From Candidatus Levyibacteriota bacterium (lineage in GTDB: Bacteria > Patescibacteriota > Microgenomatia > Levybacterales > UBA12049): 64,000 nt of DNA. The stretch lies in NCBI GenBank assembly GCA_016204465.1, contig JACQKQ010000033.1:858-64857 (forward strand), read 5' to 3'. The position numbers and the translations under genes were made by a program. The notes beneath the pieces were generated by a model, which saw nothing but the letters and a program-made list of their open reading frames with translations, ran no database searches and was not told the DNA's origin. Positions within the stretch are counted from its first letter, which is position 1. Every line of letters starts with the position of its first letter. This document shows positions 1-10,887 of the stretch, piece after piece.

Positions 1-2
1 TG

Positions 3-227
3 ACAATTTTTTTTGCGTTGGGTATTATCCTCCTTTCGCAATTTTCGTATGACAAGCGGATGCAAGGAGAAATTAGTGTTGGCATCATAGTTGTCTATGT
101 ATTTTGGGCGATTGCGCACCACGTCGTCCATCACGACGTGACAGCTAAAATTGTGATAGAATACGTGCTTATGGGAAGCTTAGGTATTACACTTCTGCTT
201 TTCCTATTGCGGGGGTTTGGTTTATGA
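3..227 (+). CDS. Small membrane protein, 5'-truncated by the window edge
   Basis: Frame is open from base 3; hydrophobic segments; stop overlaps the next ATG (ATGA). Confidence 0.7.
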   Translation, partial: TIFFALGIILLSQFSYDKRMQGEISVGIIVVYVFWAIAHHVVHHDVTAKIVIEYVLMGSLGITLLLFLLRGFGL

Positions 228-964
228 AGGGAGTTATTCTTGCAGGAGGTTTGGCAACACGTCTTCGTCCGTTGACGTGGGTTACCAACAAACATCTTCT
301 TCCCATTTACAACAAACCTATGATTTTTTTTCCACTTGAGGCAATGGCTAGGGCTGGGATAAAGGATGTTCTAGTTACTAGTTCTTCAGATCATGCAGAG
401 CATTTTGAGACACTTCTTAAATCTGGAGAAGACTTTGGTTTGCAGCTGTATTACGCAATCCAAAAGAATCCAAAGGGGGGAATATCAGACGCCATTTCTC
501 TTGCGCGAGATTTTGCAAATAATGAGCGGATTCTTGTTATCCTTGGCGATAACATCTTTCAGTTTGATCTTCGCGACGCAGCTAATCGTTTCGAAAAAAG
601 AGAAAAGGGAGCTATGATTTTTGGCATGAAGATGCCTACGATTTCTAGTCAGTATGGTGTTATAGAGATGGATAAAACAGGAAAAGTGCTTTCTATAGAG
701 GAAAAACCGGATCATCCAAAGTCTAATATTGTTCAAACCGGTATATATATGTACGACGAGCGAGTTTTTTCCTGCATTGATCAGCTTGCTCCATCTGTAA
801 GAGGCGAACTTGAAGTTACCGACCTTAACAACACGTATGTTGCAGAAGGAACAATGATGTGCGAGATCATCGACTGGTGGGTGGATGCGGGGACATCGTT
901 TGACGAGCTCTTACGCGCAAACAATCTTGTTGCAGAAAAAGTGCGGAAAGGAGAATTGTCGTGA
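224..964 (+). CDS. rmlA: Glucose-1-phosphate thymidylyltransferase (short RmlA/SpsI type)
   Basis: GVILAGGLATRLRPLT, NKHLLPIYNKPMI, LGDN, EEKP, RGELEVTD motifs. Confidence 0.9.
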   Translation: MKGVILAGGLATRLRPLTWVTNKHLLPIYNKPMIFFPLEAMARAGIKDVLVTSSSDHAEHFETLLKSGEDFGLQLYYAIQKNPKGGISDAISLARDFANNERILVILGDNIFQFDLRDAANRFEKREKGAMIFGMKMPTISSQYGVIEMDKTGKVLSIEEKPDHPKSNIVQTGIYMYDERVFSCIDQLAPSVRGELEVTDLNNTYVAEGTMMCEIIDWWVDAGTSFDELLRANNLVAEKVRKGELS

Positions 965-1389
965 GTCTTGGAACAATTGAAGATGCTAAGAAAGTAGAAA
1001 CATACGATCACAAGGGCAATGTAAATGGGTCATTAGCTGAACTCTTCAAAGACGGAGAAAAAACCGTAGCGTATCTTACCAGTACAAAACCTGGTATGTT
1101 TAAAGGGTATCATCTGCACCGCGTTCGTGCCGCTCGGTATGTTCCACTACAGGGAAAAATGAAAATTGTTCTTTTTAAGCCCGGCACAAAGGAAAAAGAA
1201 GAATATGTGCTTGATGCGCAAAAGCCCCAACGTCTTTTTATTCCAAAAGACATCGCAACAGGGCTTTTGAATATTGGTGATGAGGAAGCTTTCCTCATAA
1301 ATTATCCTGATCCGCCGTATGATCCAAGCCTAAAAGATGAGCAAGTAGAATATACAGAAGAAGAGCTCTTGCAGGGTATTGTGAAATGA
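961..1389 (+). CDS. Cupin sugar epimerase/isomerase (RmlC/FdtA-like)
   Basis: KPGMFKGYHLH cupin motif, LFIP; lies in the rml cluster. Confidence 0.75.
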   Translation: MSLGTIEDAKKVETYDHKGNVNGSLAELFKDGEKTVAYLTSTKPGMFKGYHLHRVRAARYVPLQGKMKIVLFKPGTKEKEEYVLDAQKPQRLFIPKDIATGLLNIGDEEAFLINYPDPPYDPSLKDEQVEYTEEELLQGIVK

Positions 1390-1928
1390 GCAAAAGACAA
1401 ATTCTGTCGCATAAAAAGGTATTCGCATCAGAACTTTTTTACGTAGAAGAAACAAAATTTACTCTGCCAAATGGAAAAACTAAAACACACCAAAATGCAA
1501 TCCGCCGTCCAACCGTTTCTGTTTTTCCAATCACAGACCAATATGAAATATATCTTATTACACAATATAGGTACTTACTAGAAAAAGAAGCGCTTGAAGC
1601 AATGGCGGGTTTTATTAACAAAAAAGAAACATCGCTTTCGGCTGCAAAGCGGGAATTACAGGAAGAAATGGGAATAAGTGCATCGCATTGGGAAGAAATT
1701 GCACGAATAGAAATGACAGCGAGCGTTTTTCGAGCGCAATCGCACCTGTTTCTTGCGAAAGATTTAGAATTTGGCAAAACGAATTTTGACGACGATGAAC
1801 ATATCACAATTCTAAAAATGCCCATCGAAGAAGCAGCAAAAAAAGTTGCAAGAGGCGAAATTAATCATGCACCAAGTATGATTGGTATACTTCTTTTAGA
1901 CAGATTGCGGAGAGAAAATAAATTATGA
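1386..1928 (+). CDS. NUDIX hydrolase (ADP-ribose pyrophosphatase-like)
   Basis: AGFINKKETSLSAAKRELQEEMG Nudix box; QYRY motif. Confidence 0.85.
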   Translation: MSKRQILSHKKVFASELFYVEETKFTLPNGKTKTHQNAIRRPTVSVFPITDQYEIYLITQYRYLLEKEALEAMAGFINKKETSLSAAKRELQEEMGISASHWEEIARIEMTASVFRAQSHLFLAKDLEFGKTNFDDDEHITILKMPIEEAAKKVARGEINHAPSMIGILLLDRLRRENKL

Positions 1929-1968
1929 CCAATTCGACTTTCAGGGTCATAGTGCGTAAAATTTAACT

Positions 1969-2949
1969 ATGAAGTTACTTATTACCGGCGGGGCGGGGTT
2001 TATTGGATCAAATTTTATCCACTATTGGCTGCGAGAGCATCCGCAAGACCAGATTGTGAACTTTGATAAGCTCACTTATGCCGGCAATCTTGAGAATCTA
2101 AAGGATATAGAACAAACCCCCAACTATTCATTTGTAAAGGCCGATATTTGCGACGCACAAGCAGTTGCAAACGCAATGGAAGGCGTTGATACGGTTGTCC
2201 ATTTTGCTGCCGAAAGCCACGTTGACCGATCAATCCTTGATCCCTCGCCATTTGTTATGACCAATGTCGTTGGAACACAAGTATTGTTGGACGCAGCAAT
2301 TAAACACAAAATAAAACGATTTCATCACATCTCAACAGACGAAGTATTTGGTTCCCTCACTCTTGAAGATGAGAAAAAATTTAACGAACAGACACCATAT
2401 ACACCGCGAAGTCCGTATGCGGCAAGTAAAGCAGCAGCAGATCACTTAGTTGCCTCATACGCAATTACTTACCAGTTGCCCATTACGACAACAAACTGCG
2501 CGGATAATTTTGGCCCGTACCAATTCCCGGAAAAGCTTATTGCTCTTGCAATCACAAATATTTTAGAAGGAAAAAAAGTCCCGATCTATGGAGATGGTTT
2601 GTATGTGCGTGATTGGCTTTATGTCGAAGATCATTGTGGTGCAATCGAAGCAGTACTGCAGAGAGGTAAGGTTGGGGAAACGTATTGTGTCGGTTCACAG
2701 ACAGAAGAAATTAATAACCTTACACTGATCAAAAAATTGCTCGCACTTCTTGGAAAAGATGAAAGTATGATCGAATTTGTGAAAGATCGTCCAGGCCACG
2801 ACCGCCGCTACGCAATTGATTGGTCAAAGATAAAAAAAGAACTTAACTGGCAGCCCAAATATAGATTAGATGATGCACTTTCTAAGACAGTGGAATGGTA
2901 CAAAAATAATACATCTTGGTGGAAAAAGCTCAAATATGGAAAACTATGA
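1969..2949 (+). CDS. rmlB: dTDP-glucose 4,6-dehydratase
   Basis: TGGAGFIGSNF, DKLTYAGN, HFAAESHVDRSI, STDEVFG, YAASK, DRPGHDRRYA. Confidence 0.97.
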   Translation: MKLLITGGAGFIGSNFIHYWLREHPQDQIVNFDKLTYAGNLENLKDIEQTPNYSFVKADICDAQAVANAMEGVDTVVHFAAESHVDRSILDPSPFVMTNVVGTQVLLDAAIKHKIKRFHHISTDEVFGSLTLEDEKKFNEQTPYTPRSPYAASKAAADHLVASYAITYQLPITTTNCADNFGPYQFPEKLIALAITNILEGKKVPIYGDGLYVRDWLYVEDHCGAIEAVLQRGKVGETYCVGSQTEEINNLTLIKKLLALLGKDESMIEFVKDRPGHDRRYAIDWSKIKKELNWQPKYRLDDALSKTVEWYKNNTSWWKKLKYGKL

Positions 2950-3827
2950 AAATTTTGGGAGTTGGGCTTTCAGGGCTTGTTGGGTCGCGCATTGTTGAGC
3001 TTTTGCAAAACAAGCATTCATTTGAAGATATCAGCTACGACACCGGTGTTGATATTATCGATAAACAAGCAGTTACAAAAGCAGTGCAAGCCTCAAGCGC
3101 ACAAATTATTTTTCACCTTGCCGCCAAAGCAAACGTTGATGCATGCGAAGAAGACAAGTCAAAGGGGAAAATGGGTGATGCGTGGAGAATCAATGTGGAA
3201 GGGACAAGAAACGTCGTTGATGCGGCAGTTACGACAGGGAAACGAATAATCTACATTTCAACGGATTTTGTTTTTGACGGTGAGGAAACGCTGCAGAATG
3301 GCTATAGAGAAGATGCGGTTCCAAATCCCCTTAACTGGTATGCAGTAACAAAATATGAAGGTGAGAAAATAGTTGCAGCGGCAAGTGTCCCCTGGGCGGT
3401 GTTGCGGATTGCCTATCCGTACCGATCTTTCTTTCCCCGCAATGATTTTGTCCGCGCGATACTTACTCGACTACAAAAAGGAGAGGTGGTGCATGCGGTA
3501 GAAGATCATGTCATGTCACCGACGTTTATAGACGATTTGGCAAGTGCAATCAATATGCTCATAGAACGCAAAGCAACAGGAATATACCATGTTGTAGGCA
3601 GTCAATTCGTGACACCGTATCAAGCAGCACTTGCCATTGCCGAAACGTTTAGTCTGCCCAAATCACTTATTGCCAAAACTACGCGAGATAATTACTTTGC
3701 CGGCCGCGCGAAGCGACCCTTTCGTTTGGCACTGAATAATGATAAAATAGAACAACTAGGCGTTAGGATGAGAACATTTGAAGAAGGCTTGCTGGAAGTA
3801 AGATCACAGATTAATAATTCAAAATAA
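2946..3827 (+). CDS. rmlD: dTDP-4-dehydrorhamnose reductase
   Basis: GLSGLVG, YISTDFVFDG, PNPLNWYAVTK, SPTF; ATG at 2946 overlaps the rmlB stop. Confidence 0.88.
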   Translation: MKILGVGLSGLVGSRIVELLQNKHSFEDISYDTGVDIIDKQAVTKAVQASSAQIIFHLAAKANVDACEEDKSKGKMGDAWRINVEGTRNVVDAAVTTGKRIIYISTDFVFDGEETLQNGYREDAVPNPLNWYAVTKYEGEKIVAAASVPWAVLRIAYPYRSFFPRNDFVRAILTRLQKGEVVHAVEDHVMSPTFIDDLASAINMLIERKATGIYHVVGSQFVTPYQAALAIAETFSLPKSLIAKTTRDNYFAGRAKRPFRLALNNDKIEQLGVRMRTFEEGLLEVRSQINNSK

Positions 3828-3829
3828 TT

Positions 3830-3881
3830 ATTGCTTCATTGTTCTATTGTTTCACCGCGTCAGACGCGGTTTCATTGTTAC
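3830..3881. repeat. Degenerate 8-bp tandem array (ATTGYTNC) interrupted by a 15-bp palindrome
   Basis: ATTGCTTC ATTGTTCT ATTGTTTC A-CCGCGTCAGACGCGG-TTTC ATTGTTAC. Confidence 0.7.
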
Positions 3882-3900
3882 AATCTAACAATTAGCTTTT

Positions 3901-5193
3901 ATGATAATAACGTTCGTTGGACATGGGTATGTGGGTTTGGTAACAGCGGCGGTTTTTGCCGATTTAGGCAACACAGTGTGGGTTATCGGCCACACGCCGG
4001 AGAAAATAGAAAATCTAGAAAAAGGAATTATTCCAATTTTCGAGCCGGGACTTGAAGAGCTGGTCAAGCGAAATGTTAAAGCATCTCGGCTCTTGTTCAC
4101 TCTTTCGTACGAAGAGGCGATTCGAGCATCAAAAGTCGTTTTTATCGCTGTTGGCACTCCGCCAAAACAAAATGGCGAAGCAGACCTTTCGGTTGTTTTT
4201 GAAGTTGCGGAAAAGATCGGAAAACACCTCGATGGCTATACGGTCGTGGTAACAAAAAGCACCGTTCCTGTTGGTACCAATAAAGAAGTGCAAAAAATTA
4301 TTCAGCGTGTTAAGAGCGAGAAGGCAACGTTTGACATTGGCTCTGCTCCCGAATTCTTACGCGAAGGACAAGCGATTAGCGATACTTTACATCCAGATAG
4401 AGTTGTTATCGGCACCGAAACAAAAGCTGCGCGCGACATGCTTGTTGAGCTTCATAAACCAATTGACGGCAGATTCGTTCTAACAAACATCGAAACTGCA
4501 GAGATGATAAAATACGCAGCAAATGCATTCCTTGCGACAAAAATTTCTTTTGCTAATGCAATTGCGCATCTCTGCGAATTAACCGGCGCTGATGGGTTAA
4601 AAGTTTTGGCAGGGATGGGGCTAGATAAGCGGATCGGGAGTCCGTTTCTTTCTCCGGGAGCAGGCTACGGCGGTAGCTGTTTTCCAAAAGACGTGAAAGC
4701 GCTTATTGCTATTGCAAAAAAATACAATTACGATTTTAGGCTACTTGGCGAGGTAGAAGCAATTAATAAATTTGCCATTCTCAATATTGTCAAAAAGGCA
4801 GAAGTGCTCCTTGGGGGAAGTATAAAAAGCAAAACAGTATGCGTGCTCGGTTTGGCATTTAAGCCGGATACCGATGACATGCGTGACGCACCGTCGATTA
4901 CCATAATTTCCGCATTGCAAAAAGGAGGGGCAAAAATTCAAGCATACGACCCAATTGCTATGAGCAATGCCAAAAAAATTCTCCGTGGCGTTACGTACTA
5001 CAACAATTCGTATGAAGCGGCAAAGGGCGCTGATATTGTGGTTGTGGTTACCGAATGGAACGAGTTTCGCCAGCTTGATTTACAGAAGGTAAAACAGCTT
5101 ATGAAATCACCGAATCTGCTTGACGCAAGAAATATCTACGAGCCCCAAAAGGCGCGTAGTATTGGGTTTTCCTATCAAGGGGTGGGGCGATAA
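3901..5193 (+). CDS. ugd: UDP-glucose 6-dehydrogenase
   Basis: GHGYVGL, FIAVGTP, KSTVPVG, PEFLREG, GYGGSCFPKD, GLAFKPDTDDMR. Confidence 0.95.
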   Translation: MIITFVGHGYVGLVTAAVFADLGNTVWVIGHTPEKIENLEKGIIPIFEPGLEELVKRNVKASRLLFTLSYEEAIRASKVVFIAVGTPPKQNGEADLSVVFEVAEKIGKHLDGYTVVVTKSTVPVGTNKEVQKIIQRVKSEKATFDIGSAPEFLREGQAISDTLHPDRVVIGTETKAARDMLVELHKPIDGRFVLTNIETAEMIKYAANAFLATKISFANAIAHLCELTGADGLKVLAGMGLDKRIGSPFLSPGAGYGGSCFPKDVKALIAIAKKYNYDFRLLGEVEAINKFAILNIVKKAEVLLGGSIKSKTVCVLGLAFKPDTDDMRDAPSITIISALQKGGAKIQAYDPIAMSNAKKILRGVTYYNNSYEAAKGADIVVVVTEWNEFRQLDLQKVKQLMKSPNLLDARNIYEPQKARSIGFSYQGVGR

Positions 5194-5203
5194 CTTCTTT
5201 TTA

Positions 5204-6163
5204 ATGAAGCGAGTATTAATAACAGGGATATCTGGTTTTGCAGGGAGTCACCTTGCCGAATATCTTACGGCAAAAACGAACTACCACATCGGTGGAACGT
5301 ATTTATCCGAATCTTCTCTCCAAAATATTGCTTTAATACGAGAAAAAGTTACCCTATGGCAACTTGATCTCACTAACGCCGACCAAATAGCAAACGTTGT
5401 GCAAGAATTCAAGCCTGACTACATTTTTCACTTGGCAGCAATATCAAATTCTAAAGAAAGCTTTGACAAACCTGCTGAAACAATTACAAACAATATAGTT
5501 TCGCAAATAAACCTACTCGAGGCAATTCGTAAGTCTTTTTTACAAACATCACGGACGCTTGTTATTTCTTCTGCAGATATTTATGGCAAAGTAGCCAAAG
5601 ATGACCTACCAATTGATGAAGACACGCCTCTTATGCCCATTAACCCATACGGAGTTTCAAAAATTGCCCAAGATTTTTTAGGTCTACAGTACGCATTAGC
5701 ATATAAATTAGCAGTTATCCGTGCTCGGCCTTTTAATCACATTGGTCCTAGGCAGTCGCAAGGATTCGTTATTGCTGATTTTGCAAAAAGAATCGCTGAA
5801 ATAGAAAAGGGGAAACGCGCACCAATTATGAAGGTAGGCAACCTTAAGAGCAGGCGTGATTTTACAGATGTGAGGGATATGGTTGCTGCATATCATCTGC
5901 TTTTAGAAAAAGGAACTGATGCAGATGCGTACAACATTGGGTTTGGCAGATCAATTACTATCGGTGACGTGCTTACAAAGATGATCAACTTCGCAAAAAC
6001 AAAACAGATACAGATTGAAACAGACGAAAGTAAGCTTCGGATCGAAGACACACCCGATCGAGTCTGCGACAACAAGAAAATATGCGGCCTTGGGTGGAGA
6101 CCTACGATTCCAATCGAAAAGTCATTGCAAGACACACTAGATTATTGGAGAAATATTGTTTAA
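5204..6163 (+). CDS. GDP-4-keto-6-deoxy-D-mannose reductase-like SDR (Rmd-like)
   Basis: ITGISGFAGSHL, NPYGVSK, RPFNHIGPRQ, GNLKSRRDFTDVRD; adjacent to gmd. Confidence 0.8.
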   Translation: MKRVLITGISGFAGSHLAEYLTAKTNYHIGGTYLSESSLQNIALIREKVTLWQLDLTNADQIANVVQEFKPDYIFHLAAISNSKESFDKPAETITNNIVSQINLLEAIRKSFLQTSRTLVISSADIYGKVAKDDLPIDEDTPLMPINPYGVSKIAQDFLGLQYALAYKLAVIRARPFNHIGPRQSQGFVIADFAKRIAEIEKGKRAPIMKVGNLKSRRDFTDVRDMVAAYHLLLEKGTDADAYNIGFGRSITIGDVLTKMINFAKTKQIQIETDESKLRIEDTPDRVCDNKKICGLGWRPTIPIEKSLQDTLDYWRNIV

Positions 6164-6172
6164 AATAGATAA

Positions 6173-7150
<978 letters not shown>

Positions 7151-7155
7151 CGTGT

Positions 7156-8118
7156 ATGCACAAAGTACTAGTAGCCGGCGGAGCAGGGTTTATTGGCGCA
7201 AACCTCTGCGAACGACTCCTCCAGGAAAATTGCATTGTTTATTGCATTGATAATCTTATCACAGGCGATAGGGCAAACGTTGATCTTTTAAAATCATATA
7301 AAGAGTTTAGCTTCATAGAGCATGATATCACTAGGCCTTTCTCGCTTGCTGATTTTCATATAGAATCTGTTGATGCGATTTACCACCTTGCATCACCTGC
7401 TTCTCCAAATAAAAATAGTCAGTACAGTTATATGAATTATCCAATAGAAACGCTTCTTGTTAATTCGTTTGGGAGCCACGTTTTGCTAACAATTGCCAAA
7501 GAGCATCATGCTGCATTTCTTTATGCCTCTTCTTCTGAAGTGTACGGCGATCCAACAGTATCGCCACAAAAAGAGGATTACACGGGCAATGTTAGTTCTG
7601 TTAGCGTACGGTCGGTGTACGACGAGGGAAAGCGTTTCGGTGAGGCAATAACAATGGCATACGTTCGAAAACATAATGTTGATGCTAGGATTGTGCGTAT
7701 TTTTAATACATATGGCCCAAGGATGCGATCGGACGACGGAAGGGTTATCTCTAATTTAATAAGTCAAGCATTGCAGGGAAAACCGCTTACCATCTTTGGA
7801 TCAGGAAAGCAGACGAGGAGTTTCTGTTATGTTTCAGATCTTGTCGGAGGGTTGGTGCTTGCTTTGGAAAAAGATATGACCAAAGGCTCTGTGGTAAACG
7901 TTGGTAATCCAGATGAACGAACGATTGGAGAACTTGCTATACTAATTAAAAATATGACAAAATCGAAGTCAGATATTGTGTACGAAGCGCTGCCAGAAGA
8001 CGATCCTAAGACTCGAAAACCTGATATTGCAAAAGCAAAAAAGCTGCTTGACTGGGAACCAAGTATTACATTGGAAGAAGGATTACAAAAAACGATAGAG
8101 TATTTTAAAAATAGATGA
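7156..8118 (+). CDS. UDP-glucuronate decarboxylase (UDP-xylose synthase family)
   Basis: HLASPASP, SSSEVYGDP, YDEGKR, RIFNTYGPRM, DDGRVISN, DDPKTRKPDI. Confidence 0.9.
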   Translation: MHKVLVAGGAGFIGANLCERLLQENCIVYCIDNLITGDRANVDLLKSYKEFSFIEHDITRPFSLADFHIESVDAIYHLASPASPNKNSQYSYMNYPIETLLVNSFGSHVLLTIAKEHHAAFLYASSSEVYGDPTVSPQKEDYTGNVSSVSVRSVYDEGKRFGEAITMAYVRKHNVDARIVRIFNTYGPRMRSDDGRVISNLISQALQGKPLTIFGSGKQTRSFCYVSDLVGGLVLALEKDMTKGSVVNVGNPDERTIGELAILIKNMTKSKSDIVYEALPEDDPKTRKPDIAKAKKLLDWEPSITLEEGLQKTIEYFKNR

Positions 8119-9266
8119 AAGTAGTTGTTATTATTCCGACATACAACGAAAAAGGGAATATTGATCGTCTTATTCAAATTCTTGAAGAAGAAATTTTTTC
8201 CTCAATTAAAAATCATGAAATGTACATTTTAGTTGCTGATGATAATTCTCCTGATGGAACTGCAGAGGTGGTAAAGAAATTAATGGAAAAATATAAAAAT
8301 ATTGAGCTCAATAGCGGAGAAAAGAAGGGTTTAGGGGCAGCATATGTGAGAGCGATGACTTATGCAATCGAAACGATGCAAGCCGATGTTATGTTTGAAT
8401 TTGATGCAGATCTCTCGCATGACCCGAAAAAAATTCCTGCATTTCTGCAAAAGATTGACGAAGGATACGATATGGTCATTGGTAATCGTTACAGCGATGG
8501 TGGTTCAATCCCACAGAATTGGCCACCTGCGCGAAAAGCATTTTCTATTGTGGCAAACCTTTTTGTCAGAATTGTTTTCTTGCGGCTTACCATTCATGAT
8601 TGGACTGGTGGATTTCGTGCATTAAAAAAAGAAGTATTTCTCAAAGAAAAAAACGAACTCGAAAAATATAATGGATATATCTTCCAAATATCTTTCTTGC
8701 ATAAAGTAGTCCGTGATGGTTTTAGAATTGGTGAAGTGCCTTTTTCTTTTACAGATAGAACTCTTGGGAGATCTAAAATTGCACCGGCCGGATATATTTT
8801 CGATGTATTAAAATTTGTTATCGTAACACGAATCAAAGAAATTATTTTTGGTAAATTTGGAAAGTTTCTCGTTGTCGGCGGTTTTGGATTCATTATCAAT
8901 GCAATGACACTGCGGGTGCTTGTAGAATACATCGATTGGCATCCAGCGCCTGCAAATCTTGTTGGTGCAGCGTTTGCGATCTTCTCTAACTACAATTTCA
9001 ACAATATCTGGACGTTTCGTGAAAGAAGGAGCAGAACATTAGGGATGTATTTATTCAGAATGATTGAATTCTACGCAAGTTCTTCTTTTGGTGTTGTTGT
9101 TATACAAACAGGAACGATTTTTCTTGGTACGGCACTTCTTGGAAAGGAATTTTATTTTATTTACTTTTTAATTGGAACATCATTTTTACTTCTTTGGAAT
9201 TTCACAATGTATAACAGAGTTATTTGGCGCAAAAAATCAGCATCGCAGGTGCAATATTGCTATTAA
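8115..9266 (+). CDS. GT2 polyprenol-phosphate glycosyltransferase (DPM1-like) fused to a GtrA domain
   Basis: IIPTYNE, DDNSPDGT, DADLSH, DWTGGFR; C-terminal KFLVVGG...NYNFNNIWTF transmembrane domain. Confidence 0.9.
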   Translation: MKVVVIIPTYNEKGNIDRLIQILEEEIFSSIKNHEMYILVADDNSPDGTAEVVKKLMEKYKNIELNSGEKKGLGAAYVRAMTYAIETMQADVMFEFDADLSHDPKKIPAFLQKIDEGYDMVIGNRYSDGGSIPQNWPPARKAFSIVANLFVRIVFLRLTIHDWTGGFRALKKEVFLKEKNELEKYNGYIFQISFLHKVVRDGFRIGEVPFSFTDRTLGRSKIAPAGYIFDVLKFVIVTRIKEIIFGKFGKFLVVGGFGFIINAMTLRVLVEYIDWHPAPANLVGAAFAIFSNYNFNNIWTFRERRSRTLGMYLFRMIEFYASSSFGVVVIQTGTIFLGTALLGKEFYFIYFLIGTSFLLLWNFTMYNRVIWRKKSASQVQYCY

Positions 9267-10785
9267 ATACCAACGATTCATTATAATTGTCATCTTGCTT
9301 GTGGCGTCATTTATTCGTCTGTATAGAATAGACGAATATATGACATTTTTAGGTGACGAGGGAAGAGACGCAATTATAGTATACGATATATTACATGGAG
9401 ACTTTACCCTTTTAGGGCCTCGGTCATCGGCAGCAGACTTCTATTATGGACCAATTTACTTTTATTTCATTGCGCCATTTTTATGGCTTTTTAATTTTAA
9501 CCCAGTTGGGCCTTCAGTTATGGTAGCAATGCTCGGAATTGCAACGGTATTTTTGGTATATAAAATAGGAAAAGAGTTTTTTGGCACAGGGGCAGCACTC
9601 GTTGCTGCTTCTTTATATACAATATCGCCGTTGGTAGTTGCATATGCTCGTTCTTCCTGGAATCCAAATCCATTACCATTTTTTTCGCTTCTTATTATAT
9701 ATCTTGTGTATAAAGCAGTTGTGCATTCATCATGGCAATTATTCTTAGCTGTTGGTTTTTTTCTTGGTATTGCTTTCCAATTACAATATATCTCGATGTT
9801 CTTAGCAATTATCGTTTGTGTATACATAGCCTTAGGGATATATGTTAAAGAAAAGAATATATCTTTGCTAAAAATTAGCCGCTGGTACCTCACTGTACTT
9901 ACCGGTTTCCTAATTGGCTTTTCTCCATTTTTAGGTTTTGAAGTGCTTCATGGATTTCCAAATACGCAGACAATAATAAACTTTTTACTCGGCAGGATTC
10001 CGGATAATAGAGTGATTGTAAATTTTTCACCTATAAACCAGGTGACAGATGCGGCGTTTCGACTTTTTGCAAGATTAGTGTGGTACTTTCCTCCGCTAGA
10101 ACAACTTGAAAGAGTTAACGGTCTTGTGTTGAAACTCTGGCAAATAGGTGTTGTTGGCATTATGGTTATTTCAACCTATACTCTGATTAAAATAAAAAAT
10201 AAGCTGCAGCTTTTTCTTCTCGCGCTGTGGCTTTTTCTTGGTATAGGCCTTTTTGGTTTCTATAGAAAGGTAATATACGATTACTACTTTGGATTCATGT
10301 TTCCGCTACCGTTCTTACTAGTTGGCAATGCGTTATCCTCTCTATGGCGTTACCATAGAATATTGCGCTTTTTTGTCGCAGGTTTGTTTTTCTTCCTTAT
10401 TATTATTAACCTGCAGGGTATTCCATTCCGATCATCACCAAATCGTCAACTTGAACAAGTAAAGCGAATATCGGAGTTTGTTTTGAAAAAGACCGAAAAT
10501 AAACAATATAATTTTGCGCTGATAACCAACGGGAATTCAGATCATGCATATCGGTATTTTTTTAAACTTGACGGCAAAGACCCTATTACCATTGAAACAA
10601 AGGAAAAGGATCCGCAGCGAAAAACTGTTACCAATCAGTTACTTATCATCTGTGAATATCCTTCCTGCGAGCCACTCGGGCATCCTATCTGGGAAATAGC
10701 CGGGTTTGGGCGGGCAGAAATAGCAGCGCAATGGGATGTTTCTGTTGTAAAGGTGTATAAGCTTATTCACTATAGCGATGATTAA
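9256..10785 (+). CDS. GT-C (ArnT/PMT-like) integral membrane glycosyltransferase; start uncertain
   Basis: RLYR...FLGDEGRD, GPIYFY, SWNPN, many TM helices. No canonical start right before TM1; ATT at 9256 used provisionally. Confidence 0.8.
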   Translation: MAIKYQRFIIIVILLVASFIRLYRIDEYMTFLGDEGRDAIIVYDILHGDFTLLGPRSSAADFYYGPIYFYFIAPFLWLFNFNPVGPSVMVAMLGIATVFLVYKIGKEFFGTGAALVAASLYTISPLVVAYARSSWNPNPLPFFSLLIIYLVYKAVVHSSWQLFLAVGFFLGIAFQLQYISMFLAIIVCVYIALGIYVKEKNISLLKISRWYLTVLTGFLIGFSPFLGFEVLHGFPNTQTIINFLLGRIPDNRVIVNFSPINQVTDAAFRLFARLVWYFPPLEQLERVNGLVLKLWQIGVVGIMVISTYTLIKIKNKLQLFLLALWLFLGIGLFGFYRKVIYDYYFGFMFPLPFLLVGNALSSLWRYHRILRFFVAGLFFFLIIINLQGIPFRSSPNRQLEQVKRISEFVLKKTENKQYNFALITNGNSDHAYRYFFKLDGKDPITIETKEKDPQRKTVTNQLLIICEYPSCEPLGHPIWEIAGFGRAEIAAQWDVSVVKVYKLIHYSDD

Positions 10786-10830
10786 TAAATTATTTTTTCT
10801 TGGGGGTTGTACTTCATTGAGAGAACCCAG

Positions 10831-10880
10831 TTGACATAGAGAAGACAATACAGTAAACTAGTACTAAATTAGTATTAGTT
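10831..10880 (+). promoter_or_regulatory. Sigma70 promoter overlapped by an Rrf2-type inverted-repeat operator
   Basis: TTGACA(10831-36)-17-TAAACT(10854-59); AACTAGTACTAA-A-TTAGTATTAGTT (10856-10880, 11/12 symmetric). Confidence 0.75.
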
Positions 10881-10887
10881 AATCTCT

